A stretch of 64,000 bases of DNA from Candidatus Ozemobacteraceae bacterium (GCA_965140445.1 OZ223236.1:1280001-1344000), one strand, 5' to 3'; positions 19,767 to 29,734 are shown, counted from the first letter of the stretch. The notes: generated from the letters alone by a model not told the origin. Translations and numbers: made by a program.

Positions 19767-20605
19767 TATTCTGCACCATCCAGGCTGATAAGCGTCTGTT
19801 TAAAAAGATTAGCGTCTCTGTTGAAGTAGACATTTGCAACTTCAAGTTTGTCGGCGAGATCACCTATTGCAAGAATTGAAGATCTATTGGCCGGGGTGTA
19901 TAAGCCTCGAATTCTGGTTCCCTGAATGGGACTTATCATTAACCAGGAGTCGCCGCGACCTTCAAAGCCCTGTGCCAGGGAAATGAAAGCTACTTCAAGC
20001 GATTGTTCGCCGCTCGTGGCGGTTAAGCGAGAAAATAAGCTTCCCCACAATTCAGTTTTTGAATCGTTTGTATCAAAATCTATCTCATCAAATTTATCCA
20101 GTCGCTTATTGAAATTTGTGTCATATTTCTTTACCAACTGATGGCAAGCGTATGCAGAGGTCAAAATTGCATAAAATGATTTGTCAGAAGCGTTTGGCTG
20201 AGGAATCTTGCTAAGGTCGCTTATTGCTGACTCCACTCTTTTTGGGTCATTTATAAGATTTTGCATGGTAAAAAGAGCCGTAGAGTTGTCCAATGGCCCA
20301 TCAGTTCTGTTTTGTAGGGAATTTAAAGCCGTGGCTAGTCTAAAACCACCAAGTCCTGCATTTGCGTATGCTCGTCCTCGCAAAAGATCGGCGGTGACAT
20401 AGCCTTCATTATAAAGAAGATCATAATCCTCCAGGGCAAGCTCGAAGTTGCCTGCATCAAGTGACAGGCTAGCCTTGGAAAGTCTATCTTCCTGAGATCT
20501 GTCTGTCATATTGCTGTCTATAGCTTCAAATGCATTGCATCCCCCCAACAGCGTTGCTGTTAGAAGTAAAACAAAGGCTAAAAAGCTTTTTTTCGAGGAA
20601 CGCAT
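19766..20605 (-). CDS. Lipoprotein with TPR-like helices and an EF-hand-like loop
   Basis: ATG at 20605 follows a GGAG RBS. Lipobox LLGGC, TPR-like LDAGNFELALEDY and a DTNFNKRLD loop. The stop overlaps the barrel gene start. Confidence 0.75.
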   Translation of the reverse strand: MRSSKKSFLAFVLLLTATLLGGCNAFEAIDSNMTDRSQEDRLSKASLSLDAGNFELALEDYDLLYNEGYVTADLLRGRAYANAGLGGFRLATALNSLQNRTDGPLDNSTALFTMQNLINDPKRVESAISDLSKIPQPNASDKSFYAILTSAYACHQLVKKYDTNFNKRLDKFDEIDFDTNDSKTELWGSLFSRLTATSGEQSLEVAFISLAQGFEGRGDSWLMISPIQGTRIRGLYTPANRSSILAIGDLADKLEVANVYFNRDANLFKQTLISLDGAE

Positions 20606-20821
20606 GAATACTCCATTTAGACTAAATTTCAAATCTCTAATCGGCAGAATTTGAAGAAAGATGAATTTTAAACAGGAAAAAAGAAAAAAAAATCAGCATT
20701 TTAAACACTTAAATATTTGTAAAAGCTGGGTATTTGTTTCCAAAAATAGCTTTTTTGGAGTTATGGCTATATATTTTCAATCAATAACCAAAATTACAAC
20801 AAGCCAAATACGGAAAATTAA

Positions 20822-21427
20822 ATGATTAAACTTGAAGTCGAAAATCTTAGCTTTCTTGGTCGCGGACCATACAATTTCAATATTCCAGAGGGACAAATTC
20901 TGGGAATATTTGGCCCATCTGGTGCCGGAAAATCTCTATTGCTAAGGGCTATCGCGGACTTAGACCCCCATGAAGGTCGGGTTGCGCTTGAAGATAATAG
21001 TTATCTGGATTTTTCTCCCGCTAACTGGCGTCGAAAAGTTGCTTATTTGCCCGCTGAAAGCCGATGGTGGGCCGAAACCGTGGCAGAGCATTTCACTGCA
21101 GACACCAACCTTGAAAATTTATTTAAACGAGGTGGGCTTGAAAAGAACTGTATGGAATTTTCGGTTAGTAGACTTTCTACCGGAGAAAAGCAAAGACTTG
21201 CTATCTTGCGACTCCTGGCTCTTAAGCCCGAAACTTTATTGCTTGATGAGCCAACCGCGAATCTGGACAGGAAAAATGTGGAAATCTATGAAGATCTTTT
21301 AATCAGTCATATTAGCGAAAATAAAGCTTCTGCAATATGGGTTAGCCACGATCAGGAACAGCTAAAAAGAGTTGCGGCCAGAATTTGTTTTATGGAGCAG
21401 GGTGGGAAGCTGGGAGATATGAAATGA
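20822..21427 (+). CDS. fetA: ABC transporter ATP-binding protein, FetA/YbbL family
   Basis: Walker A GPSGAGKS, signature LSTGEKQR, Walker B LLLDEPT, WVSHD. It is adjacent to a FetB-like permease. Confidence 0.8.
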   Translation: MIKLEVENLSFLGRGPYNFNIPEGQILGIFGPSGAGKSLLLRAIADLDPHEGRVALEDNSYLDFSPANWRRKVAYLPAESRWWAETVAEHFTADTNLENLFKRGGLEKNCMEFSVSRLSTGEKQRLAILRLLALKPETLLLDEPTANLDRKNVEIYEDLLISHISENKASAIWVSHDQEQLKRVAARICFMEQGGKLGDMK

Positions 21428-22221
21428 ACATAATTCCTCTTGGCTTTTTTGAATTGGGCATGGCGAGTGTCCTGGTTTTGTTACTCGGAAGTTTGAGTTT
21501 ATTCTTTCGTCTTGGGATAGAAAAAACTCTTTTCATTGCCGCCATAAGAACTACTATTCAGTTATTGCTGGTTGGACTGGTTTTAAAAACTGTTTTTGCC
21601 AGTTCCAGCCTTGGACTGGTGATGTTTATCTGGTTCATAATGTTGATGGCAGCTGGTCGCGAAGTTATTTCAAGGCAAAAAAACAAAATACGTGGATACA
21701 AGGGCTTTGCAATTGGCTCTTCCTCAATGTTTGTTTCTTCTTTTTCAATAATGGTTATTATCCTGACTACCGTAATCAAGGTAGACCCGTGGTATACGCC
21801 CCAATACGCTATCCCAATGCTTGGAATGCTTCTGGGCAATACCATGAATGGTATCGCATTGGGTATGAATAGCTTCACCCAACAGGTTTGTCAGCAGAAA
21901 GAAACAATCGAGCAAAGACTTGCTCTGGGACAGACTTCTAGCGAAGCAATAATCGATATCTGGAAAGAAAGTGTTCGAACTGGAATGATTCCAATTATTA
22001 ATTCTATGGCTGCCGCGGGAATTGTAAGCTTGCCAGGTATGATGACAGGACAGATTCTCGGCGGAAATGATGCTTTTGATGCAGTTAAATACCAGATTCT
22101 GATTATGTTCATGATTTCTTCCGGAACTGGATTTGGAGTAATGCTCAGTCTATGGCTAATCAGGATGAACATTTTTGATGAAAGAGACCGGCTTCGCCTG
22201 AAAGATTTCTTTAAGAATTAG
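21424..22221 (+). CDS. fetB: ABC transporter permease, FetB/YbbM (UPF0014) family
   Basis: R...QLLLVG, P.YAIP..GM.LGN.M and GIVSLPGMMTGQILGG...A.KYQI motifs. ATGA overlap with fetA places the start at 21424. Confidence 0.88.
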   Translation: MNIIPLGFFELGMASVLVLLLGSLSLFFRLGIEKTLFIAAIRTTIQLLLVGLVLKTVFASSSLGLVMFIWFIMLMAAGREVISRQKNKIRGYKGFAIGSSSMFVSSFSIMVIILTTVIKVDPWYTPQYAIPMLGMLLGNTMNGIALGMNSFTQQVCQQKETIEQRLALGQTSSEAIIDIWKESVRTGMIPIINSMAAAGIVSLPGMMTGQILGGNDAFDAVKYQILIMFMISSGTGFGVMLSLWLIRMNIFDERDRLRLKDFFKN

Positions 22222-22358
22222 CTTTTCAACTCATTTAGCCTGAGCAAATTCTCTTAGGCGTGGAGTTGTCAGCATGGTAAAATTGTAAATCATACCTGTG
22301 GGATTTGATTTTAATTTCAATGCTGAGAGCATTTGAGCACTTTTGGAGGCTGGTTTTA

Positions 22359-23069
22359 ATGGCTTTTAAATTTAAACTAATTGTTTTTATCTTGGTTATT
22401 GGATTTTTTTCTTTAAATAGTTCTTATTGTGAAGACAGCTTTTCTGAAAGCAATAGCGATAAGAGTTCCCAGGCTAAAATTAAAAAGTCTGAAAACGAAT
22501 TCAGAAAGCTTTGTAATAAGTATTTATCGGATTTTCGACTTTATAACTCAGATAAGGATCAGATTGAGGAACTTATAGAAAATGATGAGGTGCCCTTGTC
22601 TGAAAAGAAAAAAATCGTTTCTGAGATTCTTTTAAAGAGAGGTATTGCTTCTGATGTAAACTTAAAGTCTCTCAAAAGTCTTGAAGAGTTTGAACAGGAG
22701 GGGGAACCATACTTTGTTTGGAACAAAATAAAGGAAAATCCTGAGCTAACCGATGAGGACCTGGAAGAGATTGAAGAAGTCATGGATGATCCCGATTCAA
22801 CAAGAAGTGAACGGATCAGTGTCATTAAAAGGGTAGCTTTAAATCGGGGCATAAAATGTGATGGAATTGCTCCTGATAAGAAGTTACAAAAAACCAAATT
22901 AAGTATGAAGCCCGAATATTTATGGGCCAGAGCCAAGGAAAACATTCGATTATTTCAATCAGATAAAGAAAATATCGTTAAGATTTTAAGTAATCTGGAA
23001 CTTGATGACTCTGAAAAGTGTTCACAAATAAAAGTGATTCTAGATAAGAGAGGAATCGCTTTAGAGTAA
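22359..23069 (+). CDS. Hypothetical secreted protein with three internal helical repeats
   Basis: ATG at 22359 follows GGAGG. Signal peptide, then three ~60-aa repeats each ending [KN]RGI. Confidence 0.7.
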   Translation: MAFKFKLIVFILVIGFFSLNSSYCEDSFSESNSDKSSQAKIKKSENEFRKLCNKYLSDFRLYNSDKDQIEELIENDEVPLSEKKKIVSEILLKRGIASDVNLKSLKSLEEFEQEGEPYFVWNKIKENPELTDEDLEEIEEVMDDPDSTRSERISVIKRVALNRGIKCDGIAPDKKLQKTKLSMKPEYLWARAKENIRLFQSDKENIVKILSNLELDDSEKCSQIKVILDKRGIALE

Positions 23070-23101
23070 TTAGGAAAGTAAGATTGCAATTAGGAGAAGG
23101 A

Positions 23102-23899
23102 ATGATGAAGGCTGGTTTCTTGCAGTTTGCCCCCTGTTTGATGGATCAAAATAAGACAATTTCTAATCTTGAAACTCTATTTTCACAAGACTTTGAAGCG
23201 GATTTGCTTGTTTTACCTGAACTTTGCAATTCTGGTTATAATTTTCCAAACAGAGAAGAGGCCTTTGCTTGTGCAGAAACAAGCGATAAAAGTGAATTTA
23301 TAGACTTTTTGGTTTCAGTTGCCCAGAAAAAGAATTGCTTTATTTCCTCTGGTTTTCATGAAAAAGATGGAGATAAGCTTTTTAATTCATCTGTGCTGGT
23401 AGGGCCCAAAGGCCTGGTTGGCAAATACCGAAAGCTGCATTTGTTTCTAAACGAGAAAGATATTTTTGAACCGGGAGACCTGGGATTGCCCGTTTTTGAA
23501 ACCGAGATCGGCAAAATAGGTATGCTGGTTTGTTTTGACTGGATTTTTCCAGAAACATGGCGAATCTTGGCTCTGAAGGGCGCTGAGATTATTTGTCATA
23601 CCTCTAACCTCGTTCTCCCAGGATTTGCGCAAAAAGCAGTTCCGGTTCAAGCTTTAATGAATAGAGTTTTTGCGATTACTGCGAATAGAATTGGCACTGA
23701 AGGAAATCTCACCTTTACTGGCATGTCTACAATAGCTTCTCCAAAAGGTGATGTTATTTATCAGGCAAAGCCCGACCAGAACGAATTGAAGGTCGTTGAG
23801 ATTGATTTGGCTGAATCACATAATAAATTCATGACTCCGCGAAATAATGTATTTGAAGATAGGCGAGTTGAATTTTTCGATGAAATATTAAAAAAATAG
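23102..23899 (+). CDS. Carbon-nitrogen hydrolase (nitrilase/amidase family)
   Basis: Catalytic triad motifs VLPEL, YRKLHLF and VCFDWIFPE, plus ANRIG. RBS lies before ATG 23102. Confidence 0.9.
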   Translation: MMKAGFLQFAPCLMDQNKTISNLETLFSQDFEADLLVLPELCNSGYNFPNREEAFACAETSDKSEFIDFLVSVAQKKNCFISSGFHEKDGDKLFNSSVLVGPKGLVGKYRKLHLFLNEKDIFEPGDLGLPVFETEIGKIGMLVCFDWIFPETWRILALKGAEIICHTSNLVLPGFAQKAVPVQALMNRVFAITANRIGTEGNLTFTGMSTIASPKGDVIYQAKPDQNELKVVEIDLAESHNKFMTPRNNVFEDRRVEFFDEILKK

Positions 23900-23916
23900 A
23901 GCTTTTGGAGTTGGTT

Positions 23917-25125
23917 TTGAAAAAGAATGGCCTATGGATTGCCACTGTTTTTACAGTTGTGTGCTGTCTTTTTATGCTTTCCGGGTGTTTAACCGGAAAC
24001 AATGAGGAGTTAAAAAAAGAAAGTTTGGAAGTCTGGTTGGACGCCACTCCTGAAGAGCTGGTCTTTTTCTCTGAAGTAGCAAATGACTTTAAAAGGATTG
24101 AAAAGGATCTGGAAGTTAAGTTTAGAGTAATTAAGCTTGATGATCTGAAACCTGCTTTTCTTAGTGTGTCTGGCGTCGCAAGTGGCCCCGATATGCTTCT
24201 TATCCCAGGGGATTGGGTTGGAGAGCTGGCAAAAAAGAATAAGGTCCGCGAAATTGATTTATCAGGTTTCAAGATTGATAAAGCTTTTGTTGAATGTTCA
24301 AAATTTTCAGGAAAGGCCTTTCTGGTCCCATGGTGCTTTGAAACTGTTGCCCTGATTTATAACAAGAAGCTAATAAAAGCGGCACCTGCCAACTATAAAG
24401 AACTTGCAGAAATCTCTCAAAAATTGGTCACTCAAAGTATTTATCCGCTTATGTATGATAATAAAAATTTCTATTACCACGCGCCGTGGTTCTTTGGCAT
24501 GGGAGCTGCTTTGTTTAAAGATGGTAAAACTGCTATTAATAGCCCCCAATCCAGAAAATCCATCGAATATGGGCTGAAGCTTGAAAACGAAAACATTGTC
24601 CCTGTGGGCTGCAATCAACCTGCAACAGTAAATTTATTTTGCGCTGGCAAAACCGCAATGATTATAAATGGGCCCTGGGTGCTGAATGAGCTTGATAGAA
24701 ACTTGGTAGAATACGGAGTTGAACTTATTCCAGAGATGAATAATGGCTTACCAGCACGACCTTTTTACGGAGTTAAGGGGTTTGCAATTTCCCAGGCTTC
24801 GGGAAAAACTAAACTCGCATTAAAATTTGCCCAACTCTTTAATTCCGGACTTTGCCAGAAGTCTGCCATGGAAAGACTCAACATTCTTCCATGTAATCAG
24901 GAAATCTACGAAGATTCCTATGTATCAGGCAAATATAAGGGTTTTTATCAACAGGTTAAGAATGGTGTACCAATGCCAAATATTCCTGAAATGAAATTTG
25001 TCTGGAATGAGGCAAATTGGCTTTTGAGACAGGCTTATCTTCCGGGAGCCAATTTAAACTCGTTACTTGAAGAGACAGAAAAAAAGATTGGAAAGCAAAT
25101 AGAAACAGAAGGAGCTAAAAAATGA
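23917..25125 (+). CDS. Extracellular solute-binding lipoprotein, MalE/sugar-binding (SBP family 1) type
   Basis: Lipobox LSGC; GPD.....DW, ALIYNKKL, F..GKTAMIINGPW and PMPNIPEM..VW are MalE-like motifs. The TTG at 23917 has a GGAG RBS; 23905 is an alternative start. Confidence 0.85.
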   Translation: MKKNGLWIATVFTVVCCLFMLSGCLTGNNEELKKESLEVWLDATPEELVFFSEVANDFKRIEKDLEVKFRVIKLDDLKPAFLSVSGVASGPDMLLIPGDWVGELAKKNKVREIDLSGFKIDKAFVECSKFSGKAFLVPWCFETVALIYNKKLIKAAPANYKELAEISQKLVTQSIYPLMYDNKNFYYHAPWFFGMGAALFKDGKTAINSPQSRKSIEYGLKLENENIVPVGCNQPATVNLFCAGKTAMIINGPWVLNELDRNLVEYGVELIPEMNNGLPARPFYGVKGFAISQASGKTKLALKFAQLFNSGLCQKSAMERLNILPCNQEIYEDSYVSGKYKGFYQQVKNGVPMPNIPEMKFVWNEANWLLRQAYLPGANLNSLLEETEKKIGKQIETEGAKK

Positions 25126-27209
25126 AAAAAGCTCTTGGGGGATTGTTTGTCTTAGTTGTTTGTATTCCATTATTTTTCTCTTTTCTTCTAATTTCAGATA
25201 TTCTCGGAAAAAGAATGGAAGCAGTAATCAAAAGGAGGGTTACATCGCAGCTGGAAATCGCTGGTAACCTTCTGAACAGGAACCTGGAAGAATTAACTTT
25301 AAAAGCCAGATTTATATCTCAGCAAAAAGACATTCAACAGGCTTTTTTAGATAAAAATCCTATTGAGCTTATTGATAGGCTTAACAGAATCAGGAAAGAT
25401 CTAAGATTGGATCTTTATGAGGGCGGTATAGAAATTTATGGTAAAGACGGGAAGCTTTTTGTATCCGAACCAGTTAATCCATTTAAAATTTCTGATGAAA
25501 CATCCGTAAATAAAGCTTTGTCAGGTGAGTTCTCCGAGATTCGTGTTAATCGAAACGGGCGACTCTTGTTTTGCACAACAGTTCCAATCTATTCCTCCAC
25601 TGAATCACAACCTGTCGGTGCCGTAACTCTTGGTTTTGTTCTAAATGATGCTTATGCAGATGAATTAAAGAGAGTTGCCACAACAGAGATTGTTTTGCTC
25701 GCTTTAAGTAAGAAGGATTGCTCTGTTCTTGCCACGACAGTAATGGAAAACGGTAAAAGGTTTTTTCCGGTATTACCTGGGCTGAATGAGCAATTTAGAG
25801 AGGTTGGTGTTGCAACCAGGAAGTTTATTATAAAAGCCAGAATTTTTGAAACAAAGTTTGGCTCTTTTGCTCTGGCAGTGGCTTTTGAGAAAACCGAATT
25901 GAGTTCGGTTATTGTTTCAATTAGAAGAATGCTGTTGTTTACAGCTTTAGGTGCAATTCTTTTTGCTCTTGGACTGGCTATCCTTTTCTCAAAAACCCTT
26001 ACTTCACCAATTGAAGCTCTTGTAAACGCAGCTCAGGAACTTGGTAAGGGAAACCTGGATGTGGCAATCAATCTTGATACGGCAACCGAAGAATTTTCTA
26101 TTCTGGGACAGACCTTTGATAACATGCGAAGCCAGATTAAAGCAAAGCTTCATGAACTGGAAATGGCCAATGATGAACTTGACCACAAGGTTTTCGATCT
26201 TTCTGTTAGGAATCTGATTAACCAGGCGATTATTACCAAGAATGAGGATTCAGTTCTAAGAGAATTACTTCAAATAATTGTTGATACAATGGGTGCTTCA
26301 AGAAGTTCAATGTTACTTGTCGATCCTCAGACGGATCGTCTTGCTCTTAAGGTTGTGGTTTTCCGGAATAAACCTGAAGAAGCTTTTGTTAGCGGGTCAA
26401 ATGATAAAAATGGTATCAGCTTTGAACTTGGAGAAGGAATTGCTGGCTATGTAGCAAAAACCGGGAAACCTGTTTTTTCTAACAATCCGGCCGATGACAT
26501 GAGATTTAAGCATGGTGATAAGGAAAGCGATAAGAAGTTGGAAAACCTTATCACTGTCCCACTAAGAGGTGAAAAAGAGATCCTTGGCGTGGTCAATCTT
26601 TCTGACAGGGCAGAAGACTTTACAGAAGAGGATCAGAATCTGCTCCAGGGGATTGCAGACCAGATAGCTATCGCTTTGCAAAAGGCAAGGCTTTATGAGC
26701 TCGCTATCACAGATGGAATGACAGGTCTTTATATTCATAGATACTTCCAAATGCGCCTGGAAGCTGAGGTAGCCAGGTCCAGAAGAAGCGAAGAACCTCT
26801 TAGTCTACTGATGTTCGATATAGATCATTTCAAGAAATTCAACGACACATGGGGGCACCAGTTAGGCGATAAAGTCATAAAGCTGGTTGCAGATACTATT
26901 CGGCAAAATGTTCGTGAAGGCATTGATATTCCTGCCAGATATGGCGGGGAAGAATTCGCAGTGATAATGCCGGATACAAACCTTGATGGAGCTGTAATTT
27001 TTGCTGAGCGCCTCAGAAAAGTAATTGAAAATGCTTCAATAATGCATGAAAAAACTGAGTTAAAAGTTACCATCAGTCTTGGTTGTGCCGCTTTCCCTTT
27101 ATGTGCCCTGGAGCGTGAAACATTAATCAAGGCGGCAGATACTGCTTTATATGTTTCCAAGGAAAAGGGCCGCAATTGTGTTAGCCGAGCCGAAAATCTT
27201 GAATCCTGA
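25122..27209 (+). CDS. Membrane-bound diguanylate cyclase (Cache-like periplasmic sensor, HAMP, GAF, GGEEF)
   Basis: Two TM helices, HAMP (PIEALVNAAQELGKGNL), GAF (GEGIAGYVA..G...VPL), and DIDHFKKFND..GH..GD plus RYGGEEF. Confidence 0.92.
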   Translation: MKKALGGLFVLVVCIPLFFSFLLISDILGKRMEAVIKRRVTSQLEIAGNLLNRNLEELTLKARFISQQKDIQQAFLDKNPIELIDRLNRIRKDLRLDLYEGGIEIYGKDGKLFVSEPVNPFKISDETSVNKALSGEFSEIRVNRNGRLLFCTTVPIYSSTESQPVGAVTLGFVLNDAYADELKRVATTEIVLLALSKKDCSVLATTVMENGKRFFPVLPGLNEQFREVGVATRKFIIKARIFETKFGSFALAVAFEKTELSSVIVSIRRMLLFTALGAILFALGLAILFSKTLTSPIEALVNAAQELGKGNLDVAINLDTATEEFSILGQTFDNMRSQIKAKLHELEMANDELDHKVFDLSVRNLINQAIITKNEDSVLRELLQIIVDTMGASRSSMLLVDPQTDRLALKVVVFRNKPEEAFVSGSNDKNGISFELGEGIAGYVAKTGKPVFSNNPADDMRFKHGDKESDKKLENLITVPLRGEKEILGVVNLSDRAEDFTEEDQNLLQGIADQIAIALQKARLYELAITDGMTGLYIHRYFQMRLEAEVARSRRSEEPLSLLMFDIDHFKKFNDTWGHQLGDKVIKLVADTIRQNVREGIDIPARYGGEEFAVIMPDTNLDGAVIFAERLRKVIENASIMHEKTELKVTISLGCAAFPLCALERETLIKAADTALYVSKEKGRNCVSRAENLES

Positions 27210-27796
27210 TGATTGTTTTAAAATCTGATTGCGAATATTTTGAGGAAATCAAGAAGAGCAGATTTACCGCAATTGCTCATCGGGTGGAAAGCATCGCTGA
27301 GGCAGAAAATTTTATTCAATCTGTAAGGCAGGAAAGTGCTTCCCATAACGCATGGGCTTATAAAATTGGAAAAGAATACAGATTCAACGACGACGGAGAA
27401 GTTTCAGGAACCGCAGGAAAGCCTATTTTTAGTGCCATTGAATATAGCGGGTTAGATCAAATTGTTGTTGTGGTGATCAGATTTTTTGGTGGAATAAAGC
27501 TTGGCGCAGGAGGCCTGGTTCGGGCTTATGGCGGCGTAGCAACCGAATGTCTGAAGATCGCAGAAACAATTGAATTAGTGCCGGAAATTTGTGTCAGCGT
27601 GCAGGTCAGCTTTGCTGCAATGGGAGCTGTTTTTTCAGTTATCGAGAAATTCAATGGGTTGAGGGGCGCAGAAAACTTTAACGCAGAAGGCGTGGCCATT
27701 GAAGTAACCATTGCTGAATCAAGTCTTGAGGCTTTTAAAATCGCAGTTCGGAACGCAACCCTTGGGCAAGCAGTGGTAATAGAAAATAATAATTAA
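27209..27796 (+). CDS. yigZ: IMPACT/YigZ family protein
   Basis: IKKSRF, ASHNAWAY, DDGE.SGTAGKP and RFFGGIKLGAGGLVRAY motifs. Confidence 0.9.
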   Translation: MIVLKSDCEYFEEIKKSRFTAIAHRVESIAEAENFIQSVRQESASHNAWAYKIGKEYRFNDDGEVSGTAGKPIFSAIEYSGLDQIVVVVIRFFGGIKLGAGGLVRAYGGVATECLKIAETIELVPEICVSVQVSFAAMGAVFSVIEKFNGLRGAENFNAEGVAIEVTIAESSLEAFKIAVRNATLGQAVVIENNN

Positions 27797-27910
27797 GACT
27801 TGATTTTATTTTAATGTTAAATAGGTTAATCATAAGCCTTAAACTGGCTTATTGAAAAAATGGGTGAGAAATTATAAAATCTGCTCATAGATAATCAGGA
27901 GGAACTCAAA

Positions 27911-28471
27911 TTGCGAAAGATTAACATATTGGTTTTTGCACTATTCATTTTCTGCTTTGGAATTATTGTGCCTGGCTGCAGCCAGAGTGAAAGCGGACCC
28001 GCACCAGAAATATCGGCAGATGCCTGGTTGAATACTGAGCCACTTAAAATTGCTGATTTGAATGACAAGCTTGTTGTTGTTGAATTCTGGGCGACATGGT
28101 GCCCTCCATGCAGAAAGAGCATCCCTCATCTCAAGAAAATGAACGATGAATATAAAGACAAGGGCCTTGTGCTTATTTCTCTTACTCAAGAACCAAAAGA
28201 TAAGGTTGAAGGATTTGCAAAAAAAGCTGAAATGGATTGGGCTGTTGGTACTGGCAGTTCATCTGGAAGCGATTACGGCGTAATGGGAATTCCTCATGCC
28301 TTTATCGTAAAAGAAGGTAAGATTGTATGGCATGGTCATCCTATGAGTGGCATGGATGAAGAAGTTAAGAAGCACATTGCTACCCTTGCTTCAGTAGAAA
28401 AAAAAGAAGAAGCTAAATCCGAAGAGTCTTCTAGCGAAGAAGGCAAAAAAGTAGTAGATGAATCAGAATAA
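27911..28471 (+). CDS. TlpA-like thiol-disulfide oxidoreductase lipoprotein
   Basis: EFWATWCPPC active site, lipobox VPGC, AGGAGG RBS before the TTG start. Confidence 0.88.
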   Translation: MRKINILVFALFIFCFGIIVPGCSQSESGPAPEISADAWLNTEPLKIADLNDKLVVVEFWATWCPPCRKSIPHLKKMNDEYKDKGLVLISLTQEPKDKVEGFAKKAEMDWAVGTGSSSGSDYGVMGIPHAFIVKEGKIVWHGHPMSGMDEEVKKHIATLASVEKKEEAKSEESSSEEGKKVVDESE

Positions 28472-28934
28472 ACTTATTGCGGGCGCGAAAGCGCCCGCTT
28501 TTAATTTAAAAGATCAGAATGGTGTTTCAGTAAAGCTTTCCGACAGTAAAGGGAAAAAGGCTCTGGTTTATTTTTATCCAAGAGCAAGCACTCCGGGTTG
28601 CACTGTTCAGGCATGTTCGCTTAGAGATGCTCTCAGTGATCTAAAAAAACATAATGTTGTGGTTTTTGGCTTAAGCCCTGACTTGCCTGAAAAACTTAAG
28701 AAATTTGAACAGAAGCAAAATTTGAATTTTTCGTTGCTGTCTGATCCCGAAATGAAGGTTGCAGACTCTTATGGAGTTGTTGGTGAGAAAACCATGTTCG
28801 GGAAAAAGAAAATCGGTGTTATTCGCTCCGCCTTTTTAATTGATGAAAAGGGTGAGATCTTGAACGCATGGTACAAGATCAGCCCAAAGGACACCGTCCC
28901 TGAAGTTCTGGAATTTCTAAGCGGTTTAAAGTAG
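28458..28934 (+). CDS. bcp: Thioredoxin-dependent peroxiredoxin Bcp/PrxQ
   Basis: YFYPRASTPGCTVQAC, LLSD and RSAFLID motifs. Confidence 0.9.
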   Translation: MNQNKLIAGAKAPAFNLKDQNGVSVKLSDSKGKKALVYFYPRASTPGCTVQACSLRDALSDLKKHNVVVFGLSPDLPEKLKKFEQKQNLNFSLLSDPEMKVADSYGVVGEKTMFGKKKIGVIRSAFLIDEKGEILNAWYKISPKDTVPEVLEFLSGLK

Positions 28935-28966
28935 AATAACCCCAGAAAATCTCTGGAGGTTAACCC

Positions 28967-29734
28967 TTGAAGGGGCGACATCAAAAAACATACTACAAGT
29001 GGGGACTAGTATTAGTAGCACTTTCTGCTGCTACTTATGGCCTTCATTTTGCTATTTTCAGGGACTTTCATCACCTTGCCATATTTTTGCTTGAAGACCT
29101 GGCGTTTGTTTTTCTTGAAGTTCTTCTAGTTACTTTAACTATTCATCGTCTTATTGAATCAGAAGAAAGACGAAACCGACTTGAAAAGCTAAATATGGTT
29201 ATTGGTGCATTTTTTAGTGAAGTTGGTAACAACTTTTTAAGAATTTGTGTTTCAAATGACCCCAATATAGATGAGATAAGATCTCAGCTGATATTTAAAG
29301 GAACCGCAAAAGTTGAGGAACTACGTGCTCTTAGCGACCTTGTTAAAGGTTTTAAAACCTCAATAGATATTAAAAAGATCGATTTACATGATTTACGAAG
29401 ATTCTTGATTGATAATCGAAAGTTTCAGCTGCGATTGGTCGAAAACCCGGTTTTACTTGAGCATGAGCATTTCTCGGAACTACTGCGTTCTGTTTATCAT
29501 GTAACAGAAGAACTAATAGCCAGAATTGAACTGAAAGTTATGCCATATGAGGATGAAGCACATATAAAAACTGATATTGAGAGAGCCTATTCTTTATTAA
29601 TTAAAGAATGGTTCTATTACATAATTCATTTACGTGATGAATATCCTTATTTATTTTCGTTTTCGACTCGTATGAATCCTTTTAATCCAAATGCTTGCGC
29701 GGTTATTAACGCCTCCAATTGTAATGAATGCTGA
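28967..29734 (+). CDS. Conserved hypothetical membrane protein
   Basis: Two N-terminal TM helices; KLNMVIGAFFSEVG, L.ENP.LLEHE.F and YPYLFS...R.NPF motifs; GGAGG RBS. Confidence 0.75.
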   Translation: MKGRHQKTYYKWGLVLVALSAATYGLHFAIFRDFHHLAIFLLEDLAFVFLEVLLVTLTIHRLIESEERRNRLEKLNMVIGAFFSEVGNNFLRICVSNDPNIDEIRSQLIFKGTAKVEELRALSDLVKGFKTSIDIKKIDLHDLRRFLIDNRKFQLRLVENPVLLEHEHFSELLRSVYHVTEELIARIELKVMPYEDEAHIKTDIERAYSLLIKEWFYYIIHLRDEYPYLFSFSTRMNPFNPNACAVINASNCNEC

